DNA from: Candidatus Poribacteria bacterium
GTDB taxonomy: Bacteria; Poribacteria; WGA-4E; PCPOR2b
Reading direction: 5' to 3'
DNA: 64,000 nucleotides
Assembly: GCA_965215015.1 (NCBI GenBank)
Contig: OZ244042.1
Coordinates: 5,879,282-5,943,281 of the forward strand
The notes under the pieces are model-generated. The model had not been told where the DNA came from, searched no databases, and worked only from the letters and a program-made list of their open reading frames with translations. This document shows, in pieces, positions 38,700 to 50,075 of this stretch (within the stretch, counting starts at the first letter, position 1; each line of letters begins with the position of its first letter). The translations under genes and the position numbers were made by a program.

Positions 38700-39707
38700 T
38701 TACCAGACTAACTTCATTGCGGATCGAACTTCTGCCATCGTTTCTTGAGCGACCTGTTTTGCCCGCTTGGCTCCTTCAGCGAGGATATCACGAACGCTTC
38801 TCGGCTTGGACGCCCACTCTGCCCGTTTTTCGTAAAATGGGGTCAACTGAGTGATTAGCTTTTCGCTGAGATTCCGTTTGCAGTCGACACACCCGATTGC
38901 GGCGGAACGGCAGTCCTTATCAATCTGCGGCACTTCGTCGGAGTTGTAGACCCGATGATATGCAAAAACAGGACAGACCTCGGGATTGCCAGGATCATTG
39001 CGACGTACCCGTCCTGGGTCTGTTACCATTTTCATCAGGTTTTGCTGCGTTGCCCGAGGGGGATCTGATAACTGAATGGCGTTACCATAGCTCTTACTCA
39101 TCTTGCGACCATCAAGCCCCGGCAACTCAGAGGCTGCTGTGAGCATCGGCTTCGGTTCCGGGAACACCTCTCCGTAGAGGTGGTTAAATCGGCGAGCAAT
39201 TTCCCGCGAAATTTCAAGATGGGTGACATTATCCGCTCCGACCGTTACCATTTCTGCCTTGTAAACAATAATATCTGCCGTCATCAACACCGGGTATTCT
39301 AATAAGCCCGTTGAGGGGCCCTCGCGTTGAGCGATGTCCTGGGCTTTGTCTTTGTACGTTGGACACCGTTCAAGCCAAGATACCGGCGTAACCATCGTGA
39401 GCAAGGTAGAGAGCTCCGCATGTTCGACAACATGCGATTGAACGAAGAGAGTGCTCTTTTCTGGATCGATCCCCGCGCTCAGCCAGTCAATTGCTGCTTG
39501 CAACGTGTACTCAGGAAGGTTTGAGGTATCGGTCACATCGGTGAGCGAGTGCCAATCCGCGATAAACGGATAACATTCGTATTTGTCTTGCAGACTTGCT
39601 GTGTGCATCAACATCCCTTCCAGATGCCCAATATGTAGCAGTCCTGTTGGACGAACTCCGGTCACTAATCGCGTTTTTTGCATTTCTGTTATTGCCTCCG
39701 AATTCAT
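38700..39707 (-). CDS. trpS: tryptophan--tRNA ligase
   Basis: GVRPTG, HIGH, YPVLMTADI, KMSKS. Confidence 0.95.
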   Translation of the reverse strand: MNSEAITEMQKTRLVTGVRPTGLLHIGHLEGMLMHTASLQDKYECYPFIADWHSLTDVTDTSNLPEYTLQAAIDWLSAGIDPEKSTLFVQSHVVEHAELSTLLTMVTPVSWLERCPTYKDKAQDIAQREGPSTGLLEYPVLMTADIIVYKAEMVTVGADNVTHLEISREIARRFNHLYGEVFPEPKPMLTAASELPGLDGRKMSKSYGNAIQLSDPPRATQQNLMKMVTDPGRVRRNDPGNPEVCPVFAYHRVYNSDEVPQIDKDCRSAAIGCVDCKRNLSEKLITQLTPFYEKRAEWASKPRSVRDILAEGAKRAKQVAQETMAEVRSAMKLVW

Positions 39708-39720
39708 CTGTCTCTCAGAC

Positions 39721-40407
39721 TCATCTCAAACCCACGAGGGTTGCGATCAGATTGAAAATACCGTAAGAAGCTGTCCCAATAAACCAGAAAACCGGGTTAG
39801 GGAGACGTAGCAGGTCAGGCACAAAAATAATGCACATTAGAATGATCATCCCGTAGGGACGTAGCCTTGCGAACGCTTGCGCCTGCCGCCACGGCAGCAA
39901 CCCATATACGACACTAAATCCGTCAAGTGGGAACAGCGGTAGCATGTTAAATGCTGCCAGAAAGATACTGATAAGCGCACTCTGGAGCAGTAGGATGCTG
40001 TAGATTTGAAATTGGGGGACCGATCCACTTTCAGGGAATCCAATTGTCACCTTTAAGAGTTTAGCGATACCCAAGATGACGATAGTACAAAGAATATTCA
40101 TGGCGGGCCCCGCTGCTGCAATAATCATAAGATCGCGTTTGGGGTTTCTCAAGTTGCGCGGATTCACAGGCACAGGTTTCGCCCAACCAAAAAAAACTCC
40201 GCCAAATAAAGTACCAAGTAACGGCAGAATGATTGTTCCAATTAGATCGATATGTACCGCGGGGTTGAATGACATTCTACCTTCATCTTCAGCGGTCGGA
40301 TCGCCAAGCATGTTGGCGGATTTTGCATGTCCCCATTCATGAAAAGTGAGCAAGACGATAAATTGACAGACACGCAGGATGGCTTCATAGGGGTCAATGT
40401 TAAACAT
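39721..40407 (-). CDS. site-2 protease (M50) family protein
   Basis: HEWGH, AAAGP, FNMLPLFPLDG. Confidence 0.92.
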   Translation of the reverse strand: MFNIDPYEAILRVCQFIVLLTFHEWGHAKSANMLGDPTAEDEGRMSFNPAVHIDLIGTIILPLLGTLFGGVFFGWAKPVPVNPRNLRNPKRDLMIIAAAGPAMNILCTIVILGIAKLLKVTIGFPESGSVPQFQIYSILLLQSALISIFLAAFNMLPLFPLDGFSVVYGLLPWRQAQAFARLRPYGMIILMCIIFVPDLLRLPNPVFWFIGTASYGIFNLIATLVGLR

Positions 40408-41666
40408 TATTTTTCACTATCCAAAAGTTGGTAAATCTCCTGTTTGGTCGATACTGTTCCGTCTAATTGTGCGGCAAATGCTTTCCCCAGCAAATCCGAG
40501 AACGCTTGGCTCGGTTCTAAGCCCCGTCGAATGAGGTCATCGCCGGTAATTAAGGGTTGAACACCTCTCAAGTGTGTCAGATAATTCCTAATCTTCGCCA
40601 CGCGCCAATTGGATTGGTTCGGTTGCATCAGCACAAAAACGAGCGACTCTAGGGGATAACTATTCAACAACTGATAGACTTCACTCGGCTTGGAAGATGC
40701 CGAAAGGGAGTCCAAAGCATGTTTCAGTTGGGCTTGAACGCTAAGTCGGGTGTGCAACTCATTTTCTAGTCCTAATTGACTGCTAATCACTTCGATTGCA
40801 TCCGAGGAAGTCAGCAGCGTCATCCAAAGTATTGCCCGTGTGTTAATCGAGTCTTTCGGGAGAGATGTTGATGCCCACTCGATCGCTTGACCGGCGGCCC
40901 TCCAAAGCACATCAAAATTGGGAGGGATTCTCCAAGTCGGGTGGATGACACCGAAGATATTAAATTCGCACATCCGATTAACTATTGGCGACGCGGCTTT
41001 TTCCAACAAGATGTAGTCAATTTCGTTTAGGATGCGTTTGCCACTAATCAAATTCAGTACGCCCTGATTGATTGCATCAAGCATTCGCCTCTGATCATCT
41101 TCGACAATCTGAAAGCTGTAACGCCCTTCATACCGTATCGCGCGGAAGATGCGGGTTGGATCATCAATAAAACTCTGCTCATGCAGGGTGCGAATGCGGC
41201 CAGCCCGTAAATCCCCCACGCCTCCCGTGCAATCAACGAGCTCGCCAAAAGTATCGGGTTGCAGTCGCATGGCGAGGGCATTGATCGAAAAATCGCGCCG
41301 ACGAAGGTCTTCTGCAATTGTACCATACTCAACCGATGGTAACGCACCGGGCCTCGGATAAGTTTCGTTGCGTGCGCTGGCAAAATCGAGTTTCAACGCA
41401 TCGAGCCGAGTAACGGTAGCGGTCTTGAATTGGTGATGTGCCAGTGCTTTGCCACCCCATACTTTGGCAAGTTGATAGGCGAAATCAACCGCATCTCCTT
41501 CCACAACAATATCGATGTCCAAGTTCTCGCGCCCGATGAGGAGATCTCGGACAAAGCCGCCAACGACATAGACAGACCGGGATGTTTCTTCCCCAAACCT
41601 CCCAATCTCTTGTAATAGGCGGCAAATTTGAGGTGATATGCTGGAAAGCCCGAAAGACTCGCGCAT
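40407..41666 (-). CDS. CCA tRNA nucleotidyltransferase / poly(A) polymerase family
   Basis: VGGFVRD, DIDIV, DLRRRDFSINA, SFIDDPTRIFRAIRY. Confidence 0.9.
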   Translation of the reverse strand: MRESFGLSSISPQICRLLQEIGRFGEETSRSVYVVGGFVRDLLIGRENLDIDIVVEGDAVDFAYQLAKVWGGKALAHHQFKTATVTRLDALKLDFASARNETYPRPGALPSVEYGTIAEDLRRRDFSINALAMRLQPDTFGELVDCTGGVGDLRAGRIRTLHEQSFIDDPTRIFRAIRYEGRYSFQIVEDDQRRMLDAINQGVLNLISGKRILNEIDYILLEKAASPIVNRMCEFNIFGVIHPTWRIPPNFDVLWRAAGQAIEWASTSLPKDSINTRAILWMTLLTSSDAIEVISSQLGLENELHTRLSVQAQLKHALDSLSASSKPSEVYQLLNSYPLESLVFVLMQPNQSNWRVAKIRNYLTHLRGVQPLITGDDLIRRGLEPSQAFSDLLGKAFAAQLDGTVSTKQEIYQLLDSEK

Positions 41667-41719
41667 TTTTAGCAATCTCTAATTTCAAAGGTTCAAAACC
41701 CTTGAAAGGATTCGGTCAG

Positions 41720-42517
41720 CTACTTCATCTTTTCTGTAAAACTCACAACCACATACGTGCCACTCCGTGGATTTTTCTCCAACGTGATAAACCCTCTCCG
41801 CTCCGCATCTTCTAGGAGTTCGCTAAAGGATTTGAATCCATAAGAAGATTCACTGAACGAAGGACGCTTCCGCTTTATTGTATCTTTAATCATTGAAGAC
41901 CATAGGACTTCATGATTTTCACGGATTAATCCACGTATGGTACTGAATAGCAGATTGAAGACCTCCCGTAGCTCCCTTGGGATATTCCTTTCAGCCCGAT
42001 GATCTGTGGTTTCGTCCTGCTCAAGTTCCTCATAATAGATGAATTCATCGCAGTTTTCGCTCAAGAGACTTGAAGTGGATTCTTTCAGCCCCATACCGAT
42101 GACATACTTTCCGTTCTCCTTGAGCTTAGAAACGAGCGGTGCAAAATCGCTATCGCCCGAAATAACGACAAAGGTGTCGATATGTTCCTTTGAATAACAC
42201 AAATCAATAGCGTCCACGCACAGGCGAATATCCGCTGAATTCTTACCACTCCGTGAACGCCTCGGAATCTCAATTAACTCAATGCCAGCTTCGTGAAGTG
42301 CTTGTCGGTGCTTAAAAAAACGGTGCCAATCAGCGTAAGCGGTTTTGACGACGACGTTTCCCTTCTCGACTAGGCGTTCCAACACTTTCTGAACATCAAA
42401 AACAACCTGTCCCTCGCGCCGCTTTTTCTCCTTATGTTTCGCCTCGAATCCGATAGCGAGGTTTTCAAAATCAATAAACATCGCTAGGATTCGTTGTTCT
42501 TGCTGTCCTTCAGGCAT
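41720..42517 (-). CDS. NYN (LabA/DUF88) domain protein with OST-HTH
   Basis: FIDFEN, GKNSADI, SGDSDF, YGFKSFSELLE. Confidence 0.9.
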   Translation of the reverse strand: MPEGQQEQRILAMFIDFENLAIGFEAKHKEKKRREGQVVFDVQKVLERLVEKGNVVVKTAYADWHRFFKHRQALHEAGIELIEIPRRSRSGKNSADIRLCVDAIDLCYSKEHIDTFVVISGDSDFAPLVSKLKENGKYVIGMGLKESTSSLLSENCDEFIYYEELEQDETTDHRAERNIPRELREVFNLLFSTIRGLIRENHEVLWSSMIKDTIKRKRPSFSESSYGFKSFSELLEDAERRGFITLEKNPRSGTYVVVSFTEKMK

Positions 42518-42865
42518 TTTATCCCACCTCCTTTCGTTATTTTGTAGAGAGCTCACCCGGCCAACCCAAAAGGTTGAATCACTTGTCTAGGGAGGAAAGG
42601 CTTGGGAAGCATAGCCCATTTCAGTGTAAATCAGCGATGTGCCTCTTTCAGCGTCATACACATTTTTGTTCGCGGTTGTGAAAATTAATTAAACCTGTAA
42701 CAGGGCGAATCTGTCTAAGTTCGCATGTCATAAGTGCTTATAACGCGTTAACATTATCAAAGTGTATCAGAAAGTTCGGTCAGAGGCAAGCGATTTTTCG
42801 TAGTGATTCTGGAGAATAGGGACTTTATCAATTAGTAATAATACTGAGCAGAAAAGGTTCATACA

Positions 42866-44905
42866 ATGGCAAAACGGATATTAATCGTTGAAGATGATAG
42901 CGATGTCGTTGGATACATTGAACATCTGTTGAAAAGGTTGGGATATACTGTTTGTGCTGTCGTTTCGTCAGGAGAGGCAGCGATACAAAAGGCGGCAGAG
43001 GTACAGCCAGATTTGGCACTGATTGATATGATGTTGGCAGGAGATATGGACGGGATAGCAGTCGCCGAACAGATGCGTGCCCGTTTCAATATTCCTGTAG
43101 TATACCTCACAGCTTATGTAGATCAACGTCTATTGCAACAGGCAAAGATAGCCGAACCCTTTGGCTATGTCCTCAAACCGTTCGCTGAAAGGAGATTACA
43201 CCTTAACATCGAGATTGCGCTTTACAGGCATGAGATGGAGAGGAAATTTAAGGAGAGCGAACAGTGGCTTTCAACTATCCTGAAAAGTATCGGTGATGCC
43301 GTAATTGCTACCGACGAAAAGGGGCGCGTCCAATTTATCAATTCCGTTGCTGAAGATTTAACGGGGTGGCGACAGGAGGATGCTTTTGGCAAAGATTTGG
43401 AAGAAGTTTTCAATGTCATTAGTGAAGAGACAGACGCTCCTATCAAGACGCATATCATGAAAGCACTCCGGAGCGGTATTATTGTTGGTCTAGCAGAACC
43501 AAACATACTCGCCGCCCGTGATGGTAAGGAAACTCCTATCGATTACAGTGCTGCCCCCATCAGAAATGACAAGAGAAACACAACCGGCGTCGTTCTAGTC
43601 TTCCGCAACATCACTAGACGTAAGGAGGCGGAGGAAGCACTGAAGTTGACCGCGGATGCCTTACAGAGTCAAACCCGAATCTTGCAATCTATTCTAGATA
43701 GTATGGGCGATGGCGTGATTGTCGCAGATGAAACGGGGAAATTCCTCTTTTTCAACCCGGAGGCTGAAGGGCTTATTGATATCGCTACGGATACGACGCT
43801 GAGTGAATTGCCTAAAAAATACGGTTTCTTTCTTCCCGATACTGTTACCCCCTTTCCATCAGATGAATTTCCACTCACGCGCGCAATCCGTGGTGAGTTT
43901 TCAGACAACGTAGAAATGTTTATACGTAATGAGAAGGTCCCACAGGGCGTTTACATTGAAGTTGCTGGCAGACCATTACAAGATGAATTAGGTAAACGAA
44001 GAGGAGGCGTTATCGTTTTTCGTGATGTCACTGAGCGCAAGCGAACGGAGGAAGCCCTCGCCCGCGCTTACACACAGGGCAGGTTGGAGATTGTTGATAC
44101 ATTACTCCACAATATTGGGAATGCTATCAATAGCGTGACAATAGGAATTGGGACCGTTTACGAGAATCTAGTGAAGAATCGACTGACAAGTCGTCTCAGG
44201 GCCCTAGCGAATGCAATTGAAGGACATCAAGATAACTTTGGCAATTACGTCACAAATCATCCACAAGGTCAAAAAGTGGCCCCTTTTATTATTGGCCTCG
44301 CAGACGACTTTATGAGCCAAGATGAAAAATTGGCAGAGACAGTCAGCCGCGTGCAGGATAGAGCTGAACACATTGCTGATATCGTCAGAATGCAGAAATC
44401 ACTTGGCAAAAGCAGTGTGTATCGCAAAGATATCAATCTCCGGCAGACAATAGACTCTGCCATCAGGGTGTTGGCAGAGTCTATCAGGAAAAGAGATATT
44501 GAAGTTCATGTTGATTGCAAGAATACACCGGACGAGATTCGGACACAAGAGAGTCAATTTCATCAAATGTTGGTTAATCTTATCAAAAATTCGGTCGAAG
44601 CCATTGACGAACTTGCTGCATCAATAGGCCTCAGTGAGCCTCCCTCTATCAAAATCCGGTGTACTGTTAAATTGACCTCTTTTATCCTTGAGGTAATTGA
44701 TAACGGTATCGGTGTTGAAAAAAATAAATTCACAATTATTTTTGGGGGAGATTATACAACCAAAGAATCGGGAAGTGGACTTGGCCTTCATTCGATAGCG
44801 AACTTTGTTGATGGATTGGATGGAAAAATCTACCCATTAAGCGATGGTATCGGCAAGGGGGTAACGATGCGAGTCATCATTCCGCTCTCTTCCCTCACTC
44901 CCTAA
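42866..44905 (+). CDS. hybrid REC-PAS-PAS sensor histidine kinase
   Basis: ILIVED...PDLALID receiver; two PAS domains; LHNIGN H-box; NLIKNS, DNGIG and GSGLGL boxes. Confidence 0.9.
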   Translation: MAKRILIVEDDSDVVGYIEHLLKRLGYTVCAVVSSGEAAIQKAAEVQPDLALIDMMLAGDMDGIAVAEQMRARFNIPVVYLTAYVDQRLLQQAKIAEPFGYVLKPFAERRLHLNIEIALYRHEMERKFKESEQWLSTILKSIGDAVIATDEKGRVQFINSVAEDLTGWRQEDAFGKDLEEVFNVISEETDAPIKTHIMKALRSGIIVGLAEPNILAARDGKETPIDYSAAPIRNDKRNTTGVVLVFRNITRRKEAEEALKLTADALQSQTRILQSILDSMGDGVIVADETGKFLFFNPEAEGLIDIATDTTLSELPKKYGFFLPDTVTPFPSDEFPLTRAIRGEFSDNVEMFIRNEKVPQGVYIEVAGRPLQDELGKRRGGVIVFRDVTERKRTEEALARAYTQGRLEIVDTLLHNIGNAINSVTIGIGTVYENLVKNRLTSRLRALANAIEGHQDNFGNYVTNHPQGQKVAPFIIGLADDFMSQDEKLAETVSRVQDRAEHIADIVRMQKSLGKSSVYRKDINLRQTIDSAIRVLAESIRKRDIEVHVDCKNTPDEIRTQESQFHQMLVNLIKNSVEAIDELAASIGLSEPPSIKIRCTVKLTSFILEVIDNGIGVEKNKFTIIFGGDYTTKESGSGLGLHSIANFVDGLDGKIYPLSDGIGKGVTMRVIIPLSSLTP

Positions 44906-44942
44906 TAAAACAGGGAAACACATCCGCGAATTATAAAAAAAT

Positions 44943-45125
44943 CGCAATGAGTAGATAGGGCTTTTCTCTGAATTTAACGCAAAGCCGCCCCCCTTACCCC
45001 CTCCTGACGAAGGGATTCGAGCGGGTGCCCCGCAGGCAGGGGGAGGGGAGCGCAAGTCCCGATTCGGTTGCCCTCCAAAGGGAATGCTTACCGAATCGTG
45101 AACCTTCCCCGACGAAGGGGAAAAC
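44943..45125. repeat. dispersed repeat copy 2 with GC-rich hairpins
   Basis: ATGAGTAG...CTTTTCTCTGAATTTAACGCAAAG; GTTGCCCTCC...AATGCTTAC and CCTTCCC..GACGAAGGG are shared with 63847-64000. Confidence 0.75.
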
Positions 45126-45211
45126 GGAAAGATGGTTCTCTCGCTTGCGTTTTATTACCTGTTTTCACGTTTCACGTACAAACTAATGCTATTGGTTAAT
45201 AGGCACGTATT

Positions 45212-47140
45212 ATGGAATTCAAAAAGGATTGGAACTATCGTGTCTTAGTCGTTGATGATCAACGGGAGATACATCAGGATTTTGAGGAGATGCTCACGCC
45301 CGGTGTAACGGGGGCATCAACAGATGATCTGGCAGAAGCGTTTGCCCCAGAAATTGATGAGAGTTTTCTGCCGAAATTCACACTCCTCCACGCGAGAAGC
45401 GGTGCAGCAGCTTATGACATGGTAAAAACGGCAATCGAAGCGGATAATCCGATTGCCGTTGCGTACATAGATATAAGAATGCCACCGGGGATGGATGGTA
45501 TTGAAACCACGCGGCGTATCCGAACCATTGACGAAAATATTGAGATTGTTCTCATGACTGCATATACCGATAAATCGCTCGGTGAGATTGTCCGCGAGAT
45601 GGACCTACTGCACAAACTACTCTATATCAGAAAGCCATTTGCTCGCGAGGAAATTCAGCAGATAACGCTTGCTCTTGCGGAGAAGTGGAACGTTGAAAGC
45701 GAATTGGAGGACAAACACCTACAACTTAAAGTTAGCAATCAAAGACTTGAAGCTGTTCTTGATTCCACCGGGGATGCCATTGCGATGTTTGATGTCACGG
45801 GGCAGCTACAGTTCGCAAATCGGGGATATGAGGAGATGTTTGAGTTGACGACGGAGAAACTGAAGCAAATGTCGCCCGATAGGTTAGGTCAACATACTAA
45901 ACAATACTTCCAAGAACCGGAACACTTTGAAGAGACAGAGACTTTGCTTCTCGCACACCCTGAGAAGGTGCTTGAAGAGGTCGCGGAGGTGTGCCGACCG
46001 GAGCGCAAAATGCTCTATCGATTCACTGCACCGGTGCATGATGGAGAACGCAATGTGATCGGGCGTATTATCGTTTTTCGGGACATCTCCAAAGAGATAG
46101 AAATCAGCCAGATGAAAGTCGAAGTCTCCCGTTTGCGCACAGAACTCGAAATGAAATATGCGTTTGATAAAATTGTCGGCAAAAGCGAAGCGATGAAAGC
46201 GGTTTACGCCCTGATGCAACAAGCGATTGAAAGCAATATTACCGTTCTGATTCAGGGCGAAAGCGGCACAGGTAAGGAACTCGTTGCACGAGCCATTCAT
46301 TTTAACAGTTCGCGGAAAGCCGGCCCATTTGTCGATGTCAACTGCGCTGCCATTCCTGAGTCTCTTATTGAAAGTGAGCTTTTTGGGCACGAGCGAGGGG
46401 CTTTCACCGACGCAACGATGCAAAGAATTGGGAAATTTGAGAGTGCGAATGGAGGAACCATTTTTCTTGATGAAATCGCTGACATGCAGCTCCTAGTTCA
46501 AGCCAAATTGTTGCGTGTGCTGCAGGAACGGGAGATTCAGCGTGTCGGGGGCACAGGCAACATACCCATCAATGTCCGGGTGATTACGGCGACGAATAGT
46601 GATCTAGAAGTAGCGGTAAAAACCGGTAAGTTCCGTGAAGACCTTTTTTATCGTATTGCAGGTTTTCCGATACCAATTCCACCTCTCAAGGAACGGCGTG
46701 AAGACATCCCCCTGCTGGGACATCACTTCTTGCAAGAATATGCCAAGGCTGCCGATAAACCGATTTCAGGATTTTCCCCCGGCGCATTACAGTTGTTGAT
46801 GAGCTATAATTGGCCCGGCAATGTCCGAGAATTAGAGAACACAATTGAGCGAGCTGTGCTTTTAGAAACATCAGATGTGTTACAAGCGAACAATCCCGCC
46901 CTGAGTGATCTGCATTCGACGGGGGTGGAGTATACCCCTAATAGCGACAGCGAGAGTATGCCAGCCCACCCTTCAACCTCAACCGAGATTCTATCCCTTA
47001 AAGAAATCGAGAAGCAAGCCCTCAGCCATGCCCTTGAAGTGACAGATAATAATATTACCAAAGCTGCACAGGCTCTGGGTATCAATCGAGTCACTATTTA
47101 TAGAAAGTTAAAGAAATATAATTTGTTCGACAAGGAGTAG
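45212..47140 (+). CDS. sigma-54-dependent activator (REC-PAS-AAA+-HTH Fis)
   Basis: [51 protein letters not shown]. Confidence 0.95.
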   Translation: MEFKKDWNYRVLVVDDQREIHQDFEEMLTPGVTGASTDDLAEAFAPEIDESFLPKFTLLHARSGAAAYDMVKTAIEADNPIAVAYIDIRMPPGMDGIETTRRIRTIDENIEIVLMTAYTDKSLGEIVREMDLLHKLLYIRKPFAREEIQQITLALAEKWNVESELEDKHLQLKVSNQRLEAVLDSTGDAIAMFDVTGQLQFANRGYEEMFELTTEKLKQMSPDRLGQHTKQYFQEPEHFEETETLLLAHPEKVLEEVAEVCRPERKMLYRFTAPVHDGERNVIGRIIVFRDISKEIEISQMKVEVSRLRTELEMKYAFDKIVGKSEAMKAVYALMQQAIESNITVLIQGESGTGKELVARAIHFNSSRKAGPFVDVNCAAIPESLIESELFGHERGAFTDATMQRIGKFESANGGTIFLDEIADMQLLVQAKLLRVLQEREIQRVGGTGNIPINVRVITATNSDLEVAVKTGKFREDLFYRIAGFPIPIPPLKERREDIPLLGHHFLQEYAKAADKPISGFSPGALQLLMSYNWPGNVRELENTIERAVLLETSDVLQANNPALSDLHSTGVEYTPNSDSESMPAHPSTSTEILSLKEIEKQALSHALEVTDNNITKAAQALGINRVTIYRKLKKYNLFDKE

Positions 47141-47270
47141 TAACGTTCTATTGGAAGACGTTATGCAGGTTCCTCTGAATGCTGACGTTATGTTATGTAA
47201 ATTGTAGGCAAACGATTGATTGCATGTATAATTCATAGTGAGTAGAGATAACTCAAGAAGGGGACATCCA

Positions 47271-48332
47271 ATGAAAATTTTAGTTACAGGAGGCACAGGC
47301 AGAATCGGAGCAAATCTCGTGATGCGCCTGCTTGAAAGAGGGCATGACATCCGCAGTTTTGTTTATCCCGGCGACTCAAGTCGTGCGGACAAACTCGATA
47401 GTTATGACCGCGTCGAGACGACCGTCGGAGATCTACGAAACTTCGACGATGTAAAACGGGCGGTCGAAGGTGTGGACGCAATCTATCACCTGGCAGCTGC
47501 GTTTGGAGGTCCCTTTGATAACCTGCAATATCTGAATATTAATGGAATGGGCACACTCAATATCTTGGAGTGTATCCGAGAAGATTTGCCAAATCTGCAC
47601 CGATTCGTTTATGCTTGCACAGAGGCGATTTATTGGAGACTGGGCGAGAAAGGACGATTTTTCGACGAGCCGATCTCCGAAGATATGGTGAGCCGCTACA
47701 AGCACATGCCGTACTTCCTGACCAAATGGATCGGCGAAGAGTTAGCTATGACCTATCATTACCAATACGGTGTGCCGACGACAGTTTTTCGTTTTGCAAC
47801 AGTTATTGAACCCGGCGAATTTCTCAATGAAGATGGATTGCCACGACTCTTCCTCTTTAATCCTGTGTATGAGCGATATAAAGATCAAACAGGCGACGAT
47901 TCAGATGAGCAGGAAATGATCGAAACCATAAAATCGCTCTGGACCGGCGAGGAGAAATTTCTCATCAGTCTAAATCCAAATGGGCGTCCTTACAAACAAG
48001 AATTTGCAGATGTCCGGGATATTGCTCAAGGGTTGGTTTTGGGAATTGAAAAGGAAGAGGCGGTTGGAGAAGAATTCACGCTTGGGGGCGCGGCGTTGTT
48101 CCGATGGGAAAAGGATGTTCCTTATCTTGCCGAGCGGTATAATCTCGATTACGCCGAAGCGAGGGTCCCCTCGTCAAACCATTTCGAGTTCAATCTGCAC
48201 AAGATTAAAAGTCTGCTAGGATATGAACCACAACATGACCTCCGCAGCGTCCTTGATACTGCAGAAGCGATGCGGCGCGGTGAGAGTACCGATGTGGTTC
48301 CAACGGGCATTCGGTTTGACGGAAGGGTATAG
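47271..48332 (+). CDS. NAD(P)-dependent epimerase/dehydratase
   Basis: MKILVTGGTGRIG, HLAA, YFLTK. Confidence 0.88.
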   Translation: MKILVTGGTGRIGANLVMRLLERGHDIRSFVYPGDSSRADKLDSYDRVETTVGDLRNFDDVKRAVEGVDAIYHLAAAFGGPFDNLQYLNINGMGTLNILECIREDLPNLHRFVYACTEAIYWRLGEKGRFFDEPISEDMVSRYKHMPYFLTKWIGEELAMTYHYQYGVPTTVFRFATVIEPGEFLNEDGLPRLFLFNPVYERYKDQTGDDSDEQEMIETIKSLWTGEEKFLISLNPNGRPYKQEFADVRDIAQGLVLGIEKEEAVGEEFTLGGAALFRWEKDVPYLAERYNLDYAEARVPSSNHFEFNLHKIKSLLGYEPQHDLRSVLDTAEAMRRGESTDVVPTGIRFDGRV

Positions 48333-48388
48333 AGCGTGAAAGAGGCGGTTGGTAAAGGTTTAAGTTGCCGCCGCTCACCCCAAAACAC

Positions 48389-49636
48389 CTAAAAATAATC
48401 GCAGATCCAATGTGTCGGCTCATCTTTCGGAAAAAGTGTGGAAAGCAGTGCGATTTCGTCAGGTTGCAGATTAATCCCCTTAATGCGACTAAATTCATCC
48501 AACTGTCCAAATGTCGCGTCTCCGAAAAGTACCTTTAGGAAGTGATAAATATCTAGTGCGACCTTTGTCTTTCCAATATCAGTCTCAGTGACAGTAACTT
48601 TTCCCCGATTCACGTTCAGTGCACAGCCTTGATCACCAACAGTAAAATGGAATGAACCTGACCGATCCGCCATGGCACTGCTTGTCAATTCCGCCTCGAA
48701 TTTAGGAATCAGTTTTTGGAAGAGTCTCTCCAGCGAGATAACACGATACATCACCCTCTCGTGGATTGAGAACGATAGTGGGCTGCCACTCTCTTCACTC
48801 AATAGCAAGGTCATCGGGTGATGCCGGGTCAAACGTCCTGAAACGCTTTCAATGCCTCTTTCATAAGCCGCTTCTAAAATCGCGTGACAGAGGGGGAGGA
48901 GACTCTCCGGGGTCGCACTTCGGCAACCGACTTCCCGCAGATTCGGGTAATATGTCGCCAAATATGCATCTATTCCTTGAGCCTCGTCGGAAAATGCGAG
49001 ATTGGCATAAGCACCGATTTGTCCATCCTTTTCGACAACAAGTGACGGCAACATGCCGACTTGATGCGAGTAACCATCCCGCCACAATCTTTCCGAGCGC
49101 AGAATGGTCCCGGTGCGCCCTTTGTTATGTTCGTCGTAGATTTGGCTGATTTGTGTTAAATCCCTTTCTAGGTCAAACGGTCGGCTCTTCCACCCTGACG
49201 GAGCAAAGGTCTTTTTGCTGTGGAGCTCTAACTCGAAGGTGGTTTGTGGAAAAGATGCCCAGCCGAACGGCATGTAAAACGGCTGGATAGTGGTAAACAG
49301 CAGGCTAAGGTCGTAGTTACGTGCTTCCATATAGGCAATCGCATCTCGCAGCAGTGCTGACGCATAACCCCGTCCGCGATGCCGCGGTGAAGTGACAACC
49401 ATGCCAATCCCACCGAGTTTAACTATCCCTTCCCCGATATACATCGATCGGTCTGAGACGCGAACATAGCTGACAATCTTCCCATTAACAACGCAGACAC
49501 GCGACTGATCCAGCTCGTAGCTAGAGTCCTGATAATGTTGGCTGGCGTACCTCGGCCTGCATTTTTCGACGAATACTGCGGATATGAGATCGACGATTTC
49601 GTCGCGTTCATGTGCTTTCGCTGCACGGATTTCCAT
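48389..49636 (-). CDS. Eis-like GNAT acetyltransferase with C-terminal SCP2-like domain
   Basis: GGIGMVVTSPRHRGRGYAS, FY..FGW; ~415 aa Eis-like architecture. Confidence 0.85.
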   Translation of the reverse strand: MEIRAAKAHERDEIVDLISAVFVEKCRPRYASQHYQDSSYELDQSRVCVVNGKIVSYVRVSDRSMYIGEGIVKLGGIGMVVTSPRHRGRGYASALLRDAIAYMEARNYDLSLLFTTIQPFYMPFGWASFPQTTFELELHSKKTFAPSGWKSRPFDLERDLTQISQIYDEHNKGRTGTILRSERLWRDGYSHQVGMLPSLVVEKDGQIGAYANLAFSDEAQGIDAYLATYYPNLREVGCRSATPESLLPLCHAILEAAYERGIESVSGRLTRHHPMTLLLSEESGSPLSFSIHERVMYRVISLERLFQKLIPKFEAELTSSAMADRSGSFHFTVGDQGCALNVNRGKVTVTETDIGKTKVALDIYHFLKVLFGDATFGQLDEFSRIKGINLQPDEIALLSTLFPKDEPTHWICDYF

Positions 49637-49672
49637 ATTTCCCCCTCTTGGGCTAGATAACGCTTATTCCTT

Positions 49673-50044
49673 TCACTGTAGATTGCCCCCGATAGGATTG
49701 GGATTTAAAGCAACATGCAATTGCTCAAGCCGCTTGTGTAATTGGTTTTGCATTTTTGCGAGATGTAACGCATAGAGGCTGAAGATTAGCCAGATAATAA
49801 AATAGGCAGAAACGAGAAATTTCAGTCGTCTTTTCTGCCGAGCCTCCAATTTTTCTATTGCTTTTTGGGTCACAAGCTGTTCAACTTTCATTTCATCTAC
49901 TTGTACATTTGTTTCAGCAATGGCGTCGCTGACGGCGGTAGAGACCTCATCTTGTGTGATAGCGACCGGAATTTGGCTGCGTATAAATAAACCGAAAAAG
50001 AGTGCAAAAATGATGAGAACAGTTATCCATAGACCTTTGTACAT
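49673..50044 (-). CDS. ccmD: CcmD-like membrane protein with N-terminal extension
   Basis: C-terminal FLVSAYFIIWLIFSLYALHL plus basic helix; follows ccmC. Confidence 0.55.
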   Translation of the reverse strand: MYKGLWITVLIIFALFFGLFIRSQIPVAITQDEVSTAVSDAIAETNVQVDEMKVEQLVTQKAIEKLEARQKRRLKFLVSAYFIIWLIFSLYALHLAKMQNQLHKRLEQLHVALNPNPIGGNLQ

Positions 50045-50075
50045 TGAATTGCTCCAGAGATAAGATGTTTGTGTT

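Noticed and set aside
45162-45177. TTTCACG-type heptamer repeats (also near 16190, 31108, 54190, 59157)
   Set aside because: Only 2-3 degenerate units each; too short to assign a function.
47151-47167. Sigma-54 promoter TGG-N9-TGC upstream of the epimerase gene
   Set aside because: GG/GC spacing is correct, but the rest matches the TGGCAC...TTGC consensus poorly and chance occurrence is likely.
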